The notes below the pieces were generated by a model. That model did not search any database and was not told the origin of the DNA. It saw only the letters and a program-made list of their open reading frames with translations. A DNA stretch of 64,000 nt from Acidobacteriota bacterium. GTDB lineage: Bacteria > Acidobacteriota > Thermoanaerobaculia > Gp7-AA8. The stretch is taken from assembly GCA_019244185.1 (NCBI GenBank), contig JAFATB010000023.1, positions 352,001 through 416,000 on the forward strand. The letters run 5' to 3'. Below are positions 8,872-18,460 of the stretch, piece after piece (within the stretch, counting starts at the first letter, position 1; each line of letters begins with the position of its first letter). Made by a program: the position numbers and the translations under genes.

Positions 8872-10185
8872 ATGAACCTTCTCATCACAAATGCGCGTGT
8901 AGTCGATCCGTCGCAGGACCTCGACGGCACGCTCGACGTGCTCATCGAAGGCGGCACGATCGCGCGCATTGACAAGCGCATCAAAGCGAACGACGTCGAC
9001 GTCATCGACGCGAGCGGTCTCGTCCTCGCTCCCGGATTCATCGATCTGCACACGCATCTGCGCGAGCCGGGGCAGGAGCATAAGGAAACGATCGCCACCG
9101 GCACGCGCGCCGCGGTCGCCGGCGGCTACACCGCCGTCTGCGCGATGGCGAACAGCGTTCCGCCGAACGACGAGCGCGCGGTCACGGAGATGGTGCTCGC
9201 CGAGTCCGCGCGCAACGGCTCGTGCCGCGTCTATCCCGTCGGCGCGGTGAGCAAAGGGCTCGCGGGCGAAGAGCTCGCGGAGCTCGCCGATCTCCGCGCG
9301 GCCGGCTGCGTCGCGGTCTCCGACGACGGCAAGCCGGTCTACAACGCGCAGCTCATGCGCCGCGCGCTCGAGTACTGCTCGATGCTCGGCATGCCGCTCA
9401 TCGCGCACGAGGAAGACGCGAACCTGAGCGACGGCGGCGTGATGCACGAGGGCTACTTCTCGACCCTCCTCGGCATGCGCGGCATTCCCGCGGCATCGGA
9501 AGAGACGCTCGTCGCGCGCGACGTCATCCTGGCCGAGCTCACCGGCGCGCACGTGCACATCGCGCATCTGTCGACCGCGGGCGCGGTCGAGATCATGCGG
9601 CAGGCGCGCGAGCGCGGCGTGCGCGTCACCGCCGAAGTCACGCCGCATCATCTCGCGCTCAGCGACGCCGACGTGCAGTCGTTCTCGACGTACCTCAAGA
9701 TGAACCCGCCGCTGCGCAGCGACAAGCACCGGCAGGCGATTCTCGAAGGCGTCGCCGACGGCACGATCGACGCCATCGCCACCGATCACGCGCCGCATCA
9801 TTTCGATGAGAAGAACGTCGAGTTCGACCTCGCGCCGTTCGGCGTCATCGGCCTCGAGACCGCGTTCGGCGTCTGCTACGAACAGCTCGTGCGCGAAGGC
9901 GTGATCGGACTGCCGCGTCTCATCGAGCTGCTCTCCACCGGTCCCGCGCGCATCTTCAATCTCCCCGGCGGCACGCTCCGCGCCGGCTCGCTCGGCGACG
10001 TGACGCTGCTCGATCTCGACGCGCAGCAGCACGTCACGAAGCAGTTCGCATCGAAGGCGGCCAACTCGCCGTTCATCGGACGCACGCTGCAGGGGCGCGT
10101 CGTCACGACGATCGTCGGCGGCGTGGTGAAGTACGACATCCGCGAGCCGAAGAAAGCCGCGGCACCGCAGCGCAAGCGCAAATGA
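8872..10185 (+). CDS. pyrC: Dihydroorotase
   Basis: PGFIDLHTHLREPG, KMNPPLR and ATDHAPH motifs. Confidence 0.96.
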   Translation: MNLLITNARVVDPSQDLDGTLDVLIEGGTIARIDKRIKANDVDVIDASGLVLAPGFIDLHTHLREPGQEHKETIATGTRAAVAGGYTAVCAMANSVPPNDERAVTEMVLAESARNGSCRVYPVGAVSKGLAGEELAELADLRAAGCVAVSDDGKPVYNAQLMRRALEYCSMLGMPLIAHEEDANLSDGGVMHEGYFSTLLGMRGIPAASEETLVARDVILAELTGAHVHIAHLSTAGAVEIMRQARERGVRVTAEVTPHHLALSDADVQSFSTYLKMNPPLRSDKHRQAILEGVADGTIDAIATDHAPHHFDEKNVEFDLAPFGVIGLETAFGVCYEQLVREGVIGLPRLIELLSTGPARIFNLPGGTLRAGSLGDVTLLDLDAQQHVTKQFASKAANSPFIGRTLQGRVVTTIVGGVVKYDIREPKKAAAPQRKRK

Positions 10186-10571
10186 GCGACGCCCGCACCA
10201 AGCGCGTCGTCATCGTCGACGACTCCCCTTCGTACTGCGACCTCTGGTCGAACTTCATGCTCGAGCGTTATCCCGACATCGCCAAGGTGGAGACGTACAG
10301 CCATCCGTACGACGCGCTGCCGAAGATCGATGCGACGATCGACCTGCTCATCGTCGATCTCGAGATGCCGGGCATGGACGGGAAGAAGTTCGTCGACTAC
10401 GCGCGCGCGAAAGGACTCTCGCCGCGGCGCATCGTGGTCACGTCGTCGCATTCCGCCGACGAACTGCACCAGCGCTTCCGCATCGGCGAAACGATCGCCG
10501 TCATCAACAAGACCGAAGCGAAACAACAGGAGGCGTTCCTGATGATTCTCGATTCGGTGATGCGGCGCTAA
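10182..10571 (+). CDS. Single-domain response regulator (REC)
   Basis: VVIVDDS and LLIVDLEMPGMDG motifs; ATGA overlap with pyrC. Confidence 0.85.
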   Translation: MSDARTKRVVIVDDSPSYCDLWSNFMLERYPDIAKVETYSHPYDALPKIDATIDLLIVDLEMPGMDGKKFVDYARAKGLSPRRIVVTSSHSADELHQRFRIGETIAVINKTEAKQQEAFLMILDSVMRR

Positions 10572-10590
10572 CGTTCGTATAATCGCCGCC

Positions 10591-12045
10591 GTGACGGTCG
10601 CTCCCGAAGCGCATCAGGCCCCGGCGTTCTCCCTCAACGACCTGCTGATCTACATGGCCAAGCAGCAGGCGTCGGACCTTCATCTCAAGCCGATGCGTCC
10701 GCCGCTCGTGCGCGTGCAGGGGAAGCTGATCCCGATCAAGACCGACGCGCTCAAGCCGGCCGATCTCGAGAAGATGCTGCTGCCGATCCTCAATCGCGCG
10801 CAGCGTGAGAAGTTCGACGCGCAGATGTCGGTCGACTTCGGCTACGGCGTCCCGGGCGTGGCGCGCTTCCGCGCGAACATGTACATGCAGCGCGGCACCG
10901 TCGGCGCGGTCTTCCGCCGCATCCCGATCCAGATCTCGACGGTCGACGCGCTGGAGTTGCCGACCGCGGTGCGCGAGATCACGGAGATGCCGGACGGCCT
11001 CGTGCTCGTCACCGGCCCGACGGGCTCGGGCAAGTCGACGACGCTCGCGGCGATGATCCTCGAGATCGCCGAGCGCGAGCCGCTGCACATCGTCACGATC
11101 GAAGATCCGATCGAGTTCCTGTTTCAGGACCGCACCGCCGCGATCTCGCAGCGCGAGGTCGGCACCGACACGCCGACGTTCCGCGAGGCGCTGCGCAACG
11201 CCATGCGCCAGGACCCCGACGTGATCATGGTCGGGGAGATGCGTGACGTCGAGACGATGCAGACCGTGCTCACCGCCGCGGAGACGGGCCATCTGGTCTT
11301 CTCCACGCTGCACACCAACAACGCCGCGCAGACGCTCGACCGCATCGTCGACGCGTTCCCGCCCGAGCAGCACAAGCAGATCCGCGCGCAACTCTCGCTC
11401 GTCCTGCGCGGCATCATCTCGCTCAAGCTCGTCAAGACGAAAGACGGGCGCATGACCGCTGCGGTCGAGGTGCTGCGCAACTCGCCGCGCATGGCCAAGC
11501 TCATCGAAGACGGCCACACGAAGGACATCCTCGAGGAGATCGAGACCTCGGTCGGTCTCTATCGCATGCAGTCGATGAATCAGTCGCTCATCGCGCTGCT
11601 CGTGCACCAGAAGATCACGTATCAGGACGCGATGGCGCTGTCGAGCGATCCCGACGATCTCTCGCTCAAGTTGCGCAAGCTCTTCCCGCAGATCGAAGAG
11701 CGCGTCCGCCAGGGAGGAGACATGGCTCCGAGCTACTCCGATTTCTCGCAGATCACCGAGCTGATGGACATCAAACGGCTCTACGAAGAACAGGACGTGC
11801 AGTGGCGGCAGCGCCTGCTCGACAAGGACGAGGACATCCAGAACCTCCGCCACGACGTCGAGTACCTCCGCTCGCAGCTCCAGCAGTTCCAGGGCGGGCA
11901 GGGACAGAAGGACGAGGAGATCGCGCGGCTGCGCGGCGAGTCCGAGCGGTTGCGTGCGGACGCGCAGGCGAAGATCACCCAACTGCAGGAGCGCATCAAG
12001 GAGCTCAATCAGAAATTAATGGCGGCAGGCGCGGTTAAACGCTGA
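10591..12045 (+). CDS. pilT: PilT/PilU family type IV pilus ATPase with C-terminal coiled-coil extension
   Basis: [31 protein letters not shown] and [11 protein letters not shown] motifs. Confidence 0.85.
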   Translation: MTVAPEAHQAPAFSLNDLLIYMAKQQASDLHLKPMRPPLVRVQGKLIPIKTDALKPADLEKMLLPILNRAQREKFDAQMSVDFGYGVPGVARFRANMYMQRGTVGAVFRRIPIQISTVDALELPTAVREITEMPDGLVLVTGPTGSGKSTTLAAMILEIAEREPLHIVTIEDPIEFLFQDRTAAISQREVGTDTPTFREALRNAMRQDPDVIMVGEMRDVETMQTVLTAAETGHLVFSTLHTNNAAQTLDRIVDAFPPEQHKQIRAQLSLVLRGIISLKLVKTKDGRMTAAVEVLRNSPRMAKLIEDGHTKDILEEIETSVGLYRMQSMNQSLIALLVHQKITYQDAMALSSDPDDLSLKLRKLFPQIEERVRQGGDMAPSYSDFSQITELMDIKRLYEEQDVQWRQRLLDKDEDIQNLRHDVEYLRSQLQQFQGGQGQKDEEIARLRGESERLRADAQAKITQLQERIKELNQKLMAAGAVKR

Positions 12046-12046
12046 C

Positions 12047-12406
12047 GTGGCCACGAAGCCGTCGAAAACAATCGAGACGTTCCCGAACCCGAACCCCGAG
12101 CGCGACTATGAGATCGCGTTCGAGGCGCCCGAGTTCACCTGCCTCTGCCCGATGACCGGGCAACCCGACTTCGCCACGATCCGCATCCGCTACACGCCCG
12201 ACACGACCTGTGTCGAGCTCAAGTCGCTGAAGCTCTATCTCTGGTCGTACCGCGACGAGGGCGCGTTCCACGAGGCCGTCACGAACCGCATCGCGAACGA
12301 TCTCATCGCCGCCGTCGACCCGCGTTTCCTCGAAGTGGAAGGCGACTTCTACGTGCGCGGCGGGATTTCGACGAAGGTGAAGGTTTGTCATCGAAAAGCT
12401 GAATGA
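12047..12406 (+). CDS. queF: NADPH-dependent preQ0 reductase (type I)
   Basis: [23 protein letters not shown] and RGGI motifs. Confidence 0.95.
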   Translation: MATKPSKTIETFPNPNPERDYEIAFEAPEFTCLCPMTGQPDFATIRIRYTPDTTCVELKSLKLYLWSYRDEGAFHEAVTNRIANDLIAAVDPRFLEVEGDFYVRGGISTKVKVCHRKAE

Positions 12407-12509
12407 AGAACGCAGAACGCAGAATGAAGAATTGAGAACAGAGAACGTGCGCGCGCAGCGCGCCACCACAATTCTTCATTCTGCGTTCTGCGTTCTAAAT
12501 TCTTCATTC
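12400..12509. repeat. Heptamer-arm inverted repeat element R2
   Basis: Same left arm as R1; core ACGTGCGCGCGCAGCGCGCCACCAC; contains the stop codons of both convergent flanking genes. Confidence 0.9.
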
Positions 12510-13513
12510 GGTGTCCCGCGAAAAAGCCGCCACTGCTCGTTGACGTACCCCGCGAACCCCGCCTCTCCGCCGTTCAGCCATTCCGTCAAAATATCCACAC
12601 TGACGTCGTCGAGTCCGCCGACGATGCCGAGGCTCGCGGCTTCGGCAATGCGCGTCAGCGGCTTATCGAGATCGGCGACGGCGCGCGCGGAACGGGCGAT
12701 GAGGCCGGCGAGATCGAGGTCGTGCTCCATGGCGATCATGCGGGACGCGGTGAGCGTGAGCAGGATCGCGGCGTTCCAGTTCGAGCGCTCGTTCCAGCGC
12801 GGCGGCAGGATGAAGTCGTGCATACCGCGCGCGTGGGCCAGCGCGGCGATGTGGCGTTCGGTGGCGATGTGGATTGGCTCGACCGCGGCGTGAAAGAGCA
12901 GTTCGTAACGGTCGTCGTCGCCGGAGAGGTCGAGCATCCGCGCGAGCGCCTGCTTCGCGGTCGCTTCGACGTCGATCGCGACCGCCGCGAAGAACGACGC
13001 GCCGTGTTTCTGCGCGAGCTCCGCGAGCGCGTCGAGCAGCGCGAGATCCGTCGTCACGGGATAGATCACCGGCACGGCGACGCCCCACGTTCCGCGCGCG
13101 GTTGTGAAGAGCGCTTCGAGCCGCGCGAGATGGGGCGGCCACGCGGCGATGGCGACGGTCGCCGCATTCGAATCGGGCAGCGCGCCGTGGGTCGACGTGA
13201 GAAAGAGCGCGTCGCGTTCGCAGAACGCCAGCGCTTCCGCGCCGCGGCGGAAGACGACTTCCGCGGCTTCGGCCGCGTCGATGAGCACCGGCGGCGCGAG
13301 TTGTTTCGCGCGTTCGAGGTCGTCGCGCACGTGCTCCGCGACCGTTACCTCGAGCTTCTCCGCGCCGCTCGCGCGCAACGCGACGTAGTCGACGGCGATC
13401 GGCGTGGCACGTTTCGCCGCGTACGGCGCGATGGTCGTCGCGCACCAGAACGGCGGCGCGGGCGCGCTCGCGCGGCGGATGCGAAGCGGCGCCGCTTTGC
13501 GGTAGAGAATCAC
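12476..13513 (-). CDS. Hypothetical protein: degenerate SplB/PA0069-like radical SAM fold plus PolX N-terminal HhH-like domain
   Basis: WGVAVPVIYPVTTD...LAELAQKHGASF and ARSARAVADLDKPL...LGIVGGLD; no CxxxCxxC motif; GTGA overlap with ribE. Confidence 0.55.
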   Translation of the reverse strand: MILYRKAAPLRIRRASAPAPPFWCATTIAPYAAKRATPIAVDYVALRASGAEKLEVTVAEHVRDDLERAKQLAPPVLIDAAEAAEVVFRRGAEALAFCERDALFLTSTHGALPDSNAATVAIAAWPPHLARLEALFTTARGTWGVAVPVIYPVTTDLALLDALAELAQKHGASFFAAVAIDVEATAKQALARMLDLSGDDDRYELLFHAAVEPIHIATERHIAALAHARGMHDFILPPRWNERSNWNAAILLTLTASRMIAMEHDLDLAGLIARSARAVADLDKPLTRIAEAASLGIVGGLDDVSVDILTEWLNGGEAGFAGYVNEQWRLFRGTPNEEFRTQNAE

Positions 13514-14115
13514 GACGAGAGCTTCGCGAGGTAGGGCGCGACGAGCTGCCGGATGTACTTGGCCACGACGTCGAACTCGAGGTTGACGCCGCCGCCGATG
13601 TGCGGATTGCCGAGGTTCGTGCGGCGGAGCGTCTCCGGAATCAGCGCGGCGCCGAACGAATTGGCGTCCGGCTCGACGACCGTGAGCGACACGCCGTCGA
13701 CGGCGACCGAGCCTTTGTCGACGAGGAGATCCGCGTAGTCGCGCGGCACGCTCCAGCGATACACCGCGAAGTCGCCTTCCTGCGTCACCGAGAGCAGCGT
13801 GCCCGTCGCGTCGACGTGTCCCTGCACGAGATGTCCGCCGAGGCGTTCTCCGACGGCGAGCGCGCGCTCGACGTTCACCTGCATCCCCGCGCGCACATTC
13901 GCCAGCGTCGTACGCGCGAGCGTTTCCTCGGATAAGTCGGCGACGAGCGCGCCGTCGTCGTCGGGCAGCACCGTGAGACAGACGCCGTTGACGGCGAGGC
14001 TCTCGCCGCGCGCGAACGGTTCCGGATCGGTCGTGCGCAGGCGCAGGCGCGCGCCGCCGCCGGCGCGCTCGAACGCCTCGATCGTGCCGCGATGAACGAT
14101 GATCCCGGTGAACAT
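13510..14115 (-). CDS. ribE: Riboflavin synthase (alpha type)
   Basis: MFTGII N-terminus, SLAVNGVCLTV, GGHLVQGHVD and KGSVAVDGVSLTV motifs (named ribC in E. coli). Confidence 0.95.
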   Translation of the reverse strand: MFTGIIVHRGTIEAFERAGGGARLRLRTTDPEPFARGESLAVNGVCLTVLPDDDGALVADLSEETLARTTLANVRAGMQVNVERALAVGERLGGHLVQGHVDATGTLLSVTQEGDFAVYRWSVPRDYADLLVDKGSVAVDGVSLTVVEPDANSFGAALIPETLRRTNLGNPHIGGGVNLEFDVVAKYIRQLVAPYLAKLSS

Positions 14116-15177
14116 TCAGGAAGGGTAGGCGACGAGTTTCAGGTCGCCGCCTACGAGCTCCGCGCGATCAAACCGAAAGCGGTACGCGTCTGTCAATCGC
14201 GAGATCGGTTCGCCTTGCAGCAACGCAGGCGCGTCGCCGCCGCCCACGAGCATCGGCGCGACGAAGAGAATCATCTTCTGCCACAGCCCGCGGCGGATGA
14301 GCTCCGAGTGCACGACCGCGCCGCCTTCGACGAGCACCGATTGGATCCCGCGCGCGTGCAACTCGCCGAAGACGCGTTCGAGATCGGCCAGGCCGTCGAT
14401 GCGCACGATCTCGAGCTCCGGCGACGCGCTGTAACGATCGGGCGCCGACGTGAAGAGGATCGTGCGCGCGCCGTCGCGGAAGAGCTGCGCGTGCGGCGGC
14501 GCGTTGCCGTCGCCGTCGAGGACGACGCGTGTCCACGGCACGACGCCGTTTGCGATGCCGAGGCGGCGCGTGAGTCGCGGGTTGTCCGCCGCGACGGTGC
14601 CGCCGCCGACGAGGATCGAATCGTGTTCTTCGCGCAACGCGAGACTCGCCTCACGCGCCGCTTCCGCGGTGATCCATTGCGAGTCGCGCGTGACCGTCGC
14701 GAGCTTGCCGTCGAGCGTGATCGCCGCTTTCAGCACGACGAACGGCAGTCGCTGCGTGATCGCCCAGATGAAGACCTCGTTCATGCGTCGCGCGTCGGCT
14801 TCGCGAACGCCGGTCGTGACCTCGATGCCCGCCGCGCGCAGTTTGTCGATGCCGCGGCCGTCGACGACGTCGTGCGGATCGCGCATGGCGATGGCGACGC
14901 GCGCGATGCCTGCGGCGATCACGGCGTCGGCGCACGGCGGCGTGCGTCCATGATGCGCGCACGGCTCGAGCGTGACGTACATCGTCGCGCCGCGCGCGTC
15001 GCATTGGCGTAGCGCATCGATCTCCGCGTGCGGCTCGCCGGCGCGGCGGTGCCAGCCTTCGGCGAGCACTTCGCCGTCGCGCACGATGACGCAGCCGACC
15101 ATCGGGTTCGGGCTGACGGAACAGCGTCCGCGCTCCGCCAGCGCGAGCGCGCGCCGCATGAAGTCGTCGTCGGTCAC
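14116..15177 (-). CDS. ribD: Riboflavin biosynthesis deaminase/reductase
   Basis: PNPMVGCVIV, HAE, TLEPCAHHGRTPPC and LVEGG motifs. Confidence 0.96.
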   Translation of the reverse strand: MTDDDFMRRALALAERGRCSVSPNPMVGCVIVRDGEVLAEGWHRRAGEPHAEIDALRQCDARGATMYVTLEPCAHHGRTPPCADAVIAAGIARVAIAMRDPHDVVDGRGIDKLRAAGIEVTTGVREADARRMNEVFIWAITQRLPFVVLKAAITLDGKLATVTRDSQWITAEAAREASLALREEHDSILVGGGTVAADNPRLTRRLGIANGVVPWTRVVLDGDGNAPPHAQLFRDGARTILFTSAPDRYSASPELEIVRIDGLADLERVFGELHARGIQSVLVEGGAVVHSELIRRGLWQKMILFVAPMLVGGGDAPALLQGEPISRLTDAYRFRFDRAELVGGDLKLVAYPS

Positions 15178-15201
15178 GGGCGCGATTGTATGCGCGCGCG
15201 C

Positions 15202-15234
15202 AAAAACAAACGGCGGACCCGAAGGTCCGCCGTT
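15202..15234 (-). terminator. Rho-independent terminator of degP
   Basis: AACGGCGGACC-CGAA-GGTCCGCCGTT with an A tract on + (U tract on -). Confidence 0.85.
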
Positions 15235-15255
15235 CGTCGTTCGATGCAGAAAGGC

Positions 15256-16824
15256 TTACGGCGTCTGCACGATGCGGTACGTCGACACCGGGCCCGTGCG
15301 CGTCGGCGTGGTGATGTAGATGCGGATGCGCTGGCCCGAACGCGCGGCGTCGACCGCGGTGCGGAACTGGTCGACGTTGTCGATGCGCTGCCCCTGCACC
15401 TCGCTGATCACATCGCCTTCGCTGATGCCCGCGTCGGCGGCCGCCGAGACGTTCTTCACGTCCGTCACGATGACGCCGTTCGTGGTCGCCGGGACGTTGT
15501 ACTGCCGGCGCAGCTCGGCCGTCAGGTTCTGCACGGACATGCCGAGCTTGTTGCGCGTCGGCTCGACCGTCGCGCCGCCGTTCTCCGTCTCATCCGGCTC
15601 GCCGTCCGGCGGCCGCTCGGCGGTCTTCGCCGTGACGGTCTGCCGCTGGCTGTTGCGGAGCAGCGTGATGTGCACCTCGGTGCCGACCGGCAGGTACGAG
15701 ATGTAGTCGATCAGCTCGCGGTTGTTGCGGATCGGGCGGCCGTCGATCTCGACGATGACGTCGCCGTGGCGGATGCCGGCGCGGTCGGCCGGTTTGTCGG
15801 GCGTGACGTCCTGCACAAGCGCGCCGCGCGCTTCCGGCAGGTTGAACGCCTCGCGGGTCTCTTCGGTCACGTCGGTGATCGACATGCCGAGGAAGCCGCG
15901 GGTGACCTTGCCCTTCTTCAGCTGCGGCAGGAGCGTGCGCGCCGTGTTGATCGGGGTCGCGAAGCCGATGCCCTGCGCGCCGCCGCCGCGGATGGCGGTG
16001 TTGATGCCGATCACCTCTCCGGCAATATTGAGGAGCGGACCTCCGGAGTTGCCGAAGTTGATCGCGGCGTCGGTCTGGATGAAGTTCTCGAACGAGCGGG
16101 TCTGCTCGCTGAGGCCGAGCGAGCGGCCTTTCGCGGAGATGACGCCGACGGTGAGCGTGTTCTCGAACGTGAACGGATGGCCGATGGCGATGGCCCAGTC
16201 ACCCTTGCGGATGCGGTCGGAATCGCCGAGGCGGATCGAGGGGAGCTCGTGGTTCACGTCGATTTTGAGAAGCGCGAGGTCGGTGGCGGGGTCGTGGCCG
16301 ACGATCTTCGCGTTCGTGGTCTGGCCGCCGTTGCCGTTCTCGTCGGCGCCGTAGTGCACGACGACGGTCGAGGCGCCTTCGATGACGTGGTTGTTGGTGA
16401 GGATGTAGCCGTCGGGAGAGATGATGAAGCCGGAGCCGCCGCTGACCTGGCGTTGTTCGTCGTCATCGCCGTTGTCGTCGTCGCCCTGGCCGCGCTGCTG
16501 CGGACGCTGTTGCTGCTGGCGCGGGTCGGGGAAGAAGAATTCGAACGGATCGATGCCGAACTGGCGACGGCGCTGATCGCTCACTTTGATGACTTCGGTC
16601 GAGCGGATCGATACGACGGCCGGCATGACGCGCGAGGCGACGTCGGCGAACGAGGGGACCATCACCGATCCCACGCTGCCGGCCGGTGCGGCCGCCATCG
16701 TGGAAGTGGTTTGAGCTTTCGACGTCTTCATCAAGCCGAGATCGGCGCTGATGAGCACGCCGAACGCCACTGACGCGATCACGATCGCGATCGTCGACAG
16801 AATGCGTTTGGTGGATTGATTCAT
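15256..16824 (-). CDS. degP: Do/DegP family serine endoprotease with two PDZ domains
   Basis: GSGFII, TNNHV, DLALLK and IQTDAAINFGNSGGPL motifs; AGGAG RBS. Confidence 0.9.
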   Translation of the reverse strand: MNQSTKRILSTIAIVIASVAFGVLISADLGLMKTSKAQTTSTMAAAPAGSVGSVMVPSFADVASRVMPAVVSIRSTEVIKVSDQRRRQFGIDPFEFFFPDPRQQQQRPQQRGQGDDDNGDDDEQRQVSGGSGFIISPDGYILTNNHVIEGASTVVVHYGADENGNGGQTTNAKIVGHDPATDLALLKIDVNHELPSIRLGDSDRIRKGDWAIAIGHPFTFENTLTVGVISAKGRSLGLSEQTRSFENFIQTDAAINFGNSGGPLLNIAGEVIGINTAIRGGGAQGIGFATPINTARTLLPQLKKGKVTRGFLGMSITDVTEETREAFNLPEARGALVQDVTPDKPADRAGIRHGDVIVEIDGRPIRNNRELIDYISYLPVGTEVHITLLRNSQRQTVTAKTAERPPDGEPDETENGGATVEPTRNKLGMSVQNLTAELRRQYNVPATTNGVIVTDVKNVSAAADAGISEGDVISEVQGQRIDNVDQFRTAVDAARSGQRIRIYITTPTRTGPVSTYRIVQTP

Positions 16825-16889
16825 AGACTTGCTTGACTCCTCCTGGTGTGACCAATGGATGAAGCGGGGATCGACATTCCCGCACCGAT

Positions 16890-16917
16890 TCAGACGTGCA
16901 GCGCGGTGAAATGTTCC
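16890..16917 (-). promoter_or_regulatory. Putative ECF (sigma-E-like) promoter of degP
   Basis: GGAACA-N16-GTCTGA on the minus strand, resembling RpoE/AlgU promoter consensus; degP is a classic RpoE target. Confidence 0.6.
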
Positions 16918-16946
16918 GCACCCGCGGCGTTACGTTTCGTCAAACG

Positions 16947-16973
16947 AAAAAAGGCCTCGCCACGCGCGAGGCC
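16947..16973 (-). terminator. Rho-independent terminator
   Basis: GGCCTCGC-N5-GCGAGGCC with an adjacent A6 (U6 on -). Confidence 0.75.
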
Positions 16974-17010
16974 GGGATGGAGAGGTCAGGAGAAGTCTCG
17001 CGGCGCGCCG

Positions 17011-17265
17011 TCAGACCACGCGGCGCCGGCCGACGATCAGCCGATAGATGAACAGCAGGACCATCGCGCCGATGATCGAGCCGATCCAGCCTGCTGTCTG
17101 CTGATCGCGGCCCATCAGCGTCGTGGCCAGGAAGCCGCCGACGAACGATCCGGCGATGCCGAGCAGAATCGTGACGATCCAGCCACCCGGGTCGCGGCCC
17201 GGCATGAGGAACTTGGCGATGGCGCCGACGACGAGACCAAACAGGATCCATCCAATGATGTTCAT
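17011..17265 (-). CDS. GlsB/YeaQ/YmgE family stress response membrane protein
   Basis: IIGWILFGLVVGAIAKFLMPGRDPGG...SIIGAMVLLFIY; GGAGG RBS. Confidence 0.92.
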   Translation of the reverse strand: MNIIGWILFGLVVGAIAKFLMPGRDPGGWIVTILLGIAGSFVGGFLATTLMGRDQQTAGWIGSIIGAMVLLFIYRLIVGRRRVV

Positions 17266-17323
17266 GCGCTTTTTTCCTCCAGTTGAAACGGCCCCCCCGC
17301 GGGAGCCTCCGGCGTTACGGATG

Positions 17324-17339
17324 AGCAACAGGCATGCCG
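17324..17339 (-). promoter_or_regulatory. Putative sigma-54 promoter
   Basis: CGGCAT-GCCTG-TTGCT closely matches YGGCAY-N5-TTGCW. Confidence 0.6.
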
Positions 17340-17389
17340 TGCTCGGCGCGCGCCGGAGTTCGCGCGGAGTTGCGGTACTCTCCGCCGCC

Positions 17390-18454
17390 ATGAAACGCAT
17401 CGGGATCCTCACCGGCGGAGGCGATTGCCCGGGCCTCAACGCCGTCATCCGCGCAGCGGTGCGCACGCTGATTCGCGATCATGAAATGGAGGTCGTCGGC
17501 ATCCAGTCGGGCTTCGAAGGTCTGCTCACGAAACAGATCGTGCCGCTGACGCTCGACTCGATCCGCGGCATCCTGCCGAAAGGCGGCACGCTGCTGCGCA
17601 CCACCAACCGCGGCAACCCGTTCGAGTATCCGACCGGCGACGGCGGCTGCGAAGACCGCTCGCAGCTCGTCGTCGACAACGCGCGCGAGCTCGGCATCGA
17701 CGGCGTCATCGCCATCGGCGGCGACGGCACGCTCAAGATCGCGCAGCGGCTCTGCGACATGGGCATCCCGATGGTCGCGGTGCCGAAGACGATCGACAAT
17801 GACCTCGCCGCCACCGACTACACCTTCGGCTTTCACACCGCGGTCGCCGTCGCCACCGACGCCGTGGATCGCCTGCATTCAACCGCCGAGAGCCACGACC
17901 GCGTGATGATCCTCGAGGTGATGGGGCGCAACGCCGGCTGGATCGCGCTCTACGCCGGACTCGCCGGCGGCGCCGACATCATCCTCATCCCGGAGATGCC
18001 GTATCGCCCCGAGGTGATCGCGCATCAGGTGCGCGATCGCCAGGCCGAGGGCGCGAAGTTCGACATCATCGTCGTCGCGGAAGGCGCGAAGCGCGTCGGC
18101 GGCGAAGAAGCCTACCTCGACAAAGCGACGCGGCGCCTCGGCGGCATCGCGTATCAGGTCGCGGCCGACATCCAGCAGGAGATCGATCTCGAAATCCGCG
18201 TGACGGTGCTCGGCCACATCCAGCGCGGCGGCTCGCCGATTCCGTTCGACCGTATCCTCGCCAGCCGCTTCGGCAAAGTCGCGGCCGATCTCGTCGCGCG
18301 GCAACAGTTCGGCGAGATGGTCGCGCTGCGGCAGGAAGAGATCGTCTCCGTGCCGATCAAAGATGCAGTCTCCCGCCCGAAGTACGTCGACCCGCACGGC
18401 CAGGTCGTCTCCACCGCCCGCTCCCTCGGCATCTCGTTCGGCGACGGCCTCTAA
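17390..18454 (+). CDS. pfkA: 6-phosphofructokinase
   Basis: TGGGDCPGLNAVI, IGGDGT, PKTIDND, EVMGR and LGHIQRGG motifs. Confidence 0.94.
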   Translation: MKRIGILTGGGDCPGLNAVIRAAVRTLIRDHEMEVVGIQSGFEGLLTKQIVPLTLDSIRGILPKGGTLLRTTNRGNPFEYPTGDGGCEDRSQLVVDNARELGIDGVIAIGGDGTLKIAQRLCDMGIPMVAVPKTIDNDLAATDYTFGFHTAVAVATDAVDRLHSTAESHDRVMILEVMGRNAGWIALYAGLAGGADIILIPEMPYRPEVIAHQVRDRQAEGAKFDIIVVAEGAKRVGGEEAYLDKATRRLGGIAYQVAADIQQEIDLEIRVTVLGHIQRGGSPIPFDRILASRFGKVAADLVARQQFGEMVALRQEEIVSVPIKDAVSRPKYVDPHGQVVSTARSLGISFGDGL

Positions 18455-18460
18455 CCTCGA

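Noticed and set aside
15178-15255. FMN riboswitch upstream of ribD
   Set aside because: The gap is under 80 nt and is occupied by the degP terminator and a -10 box adjacent to the start codon.
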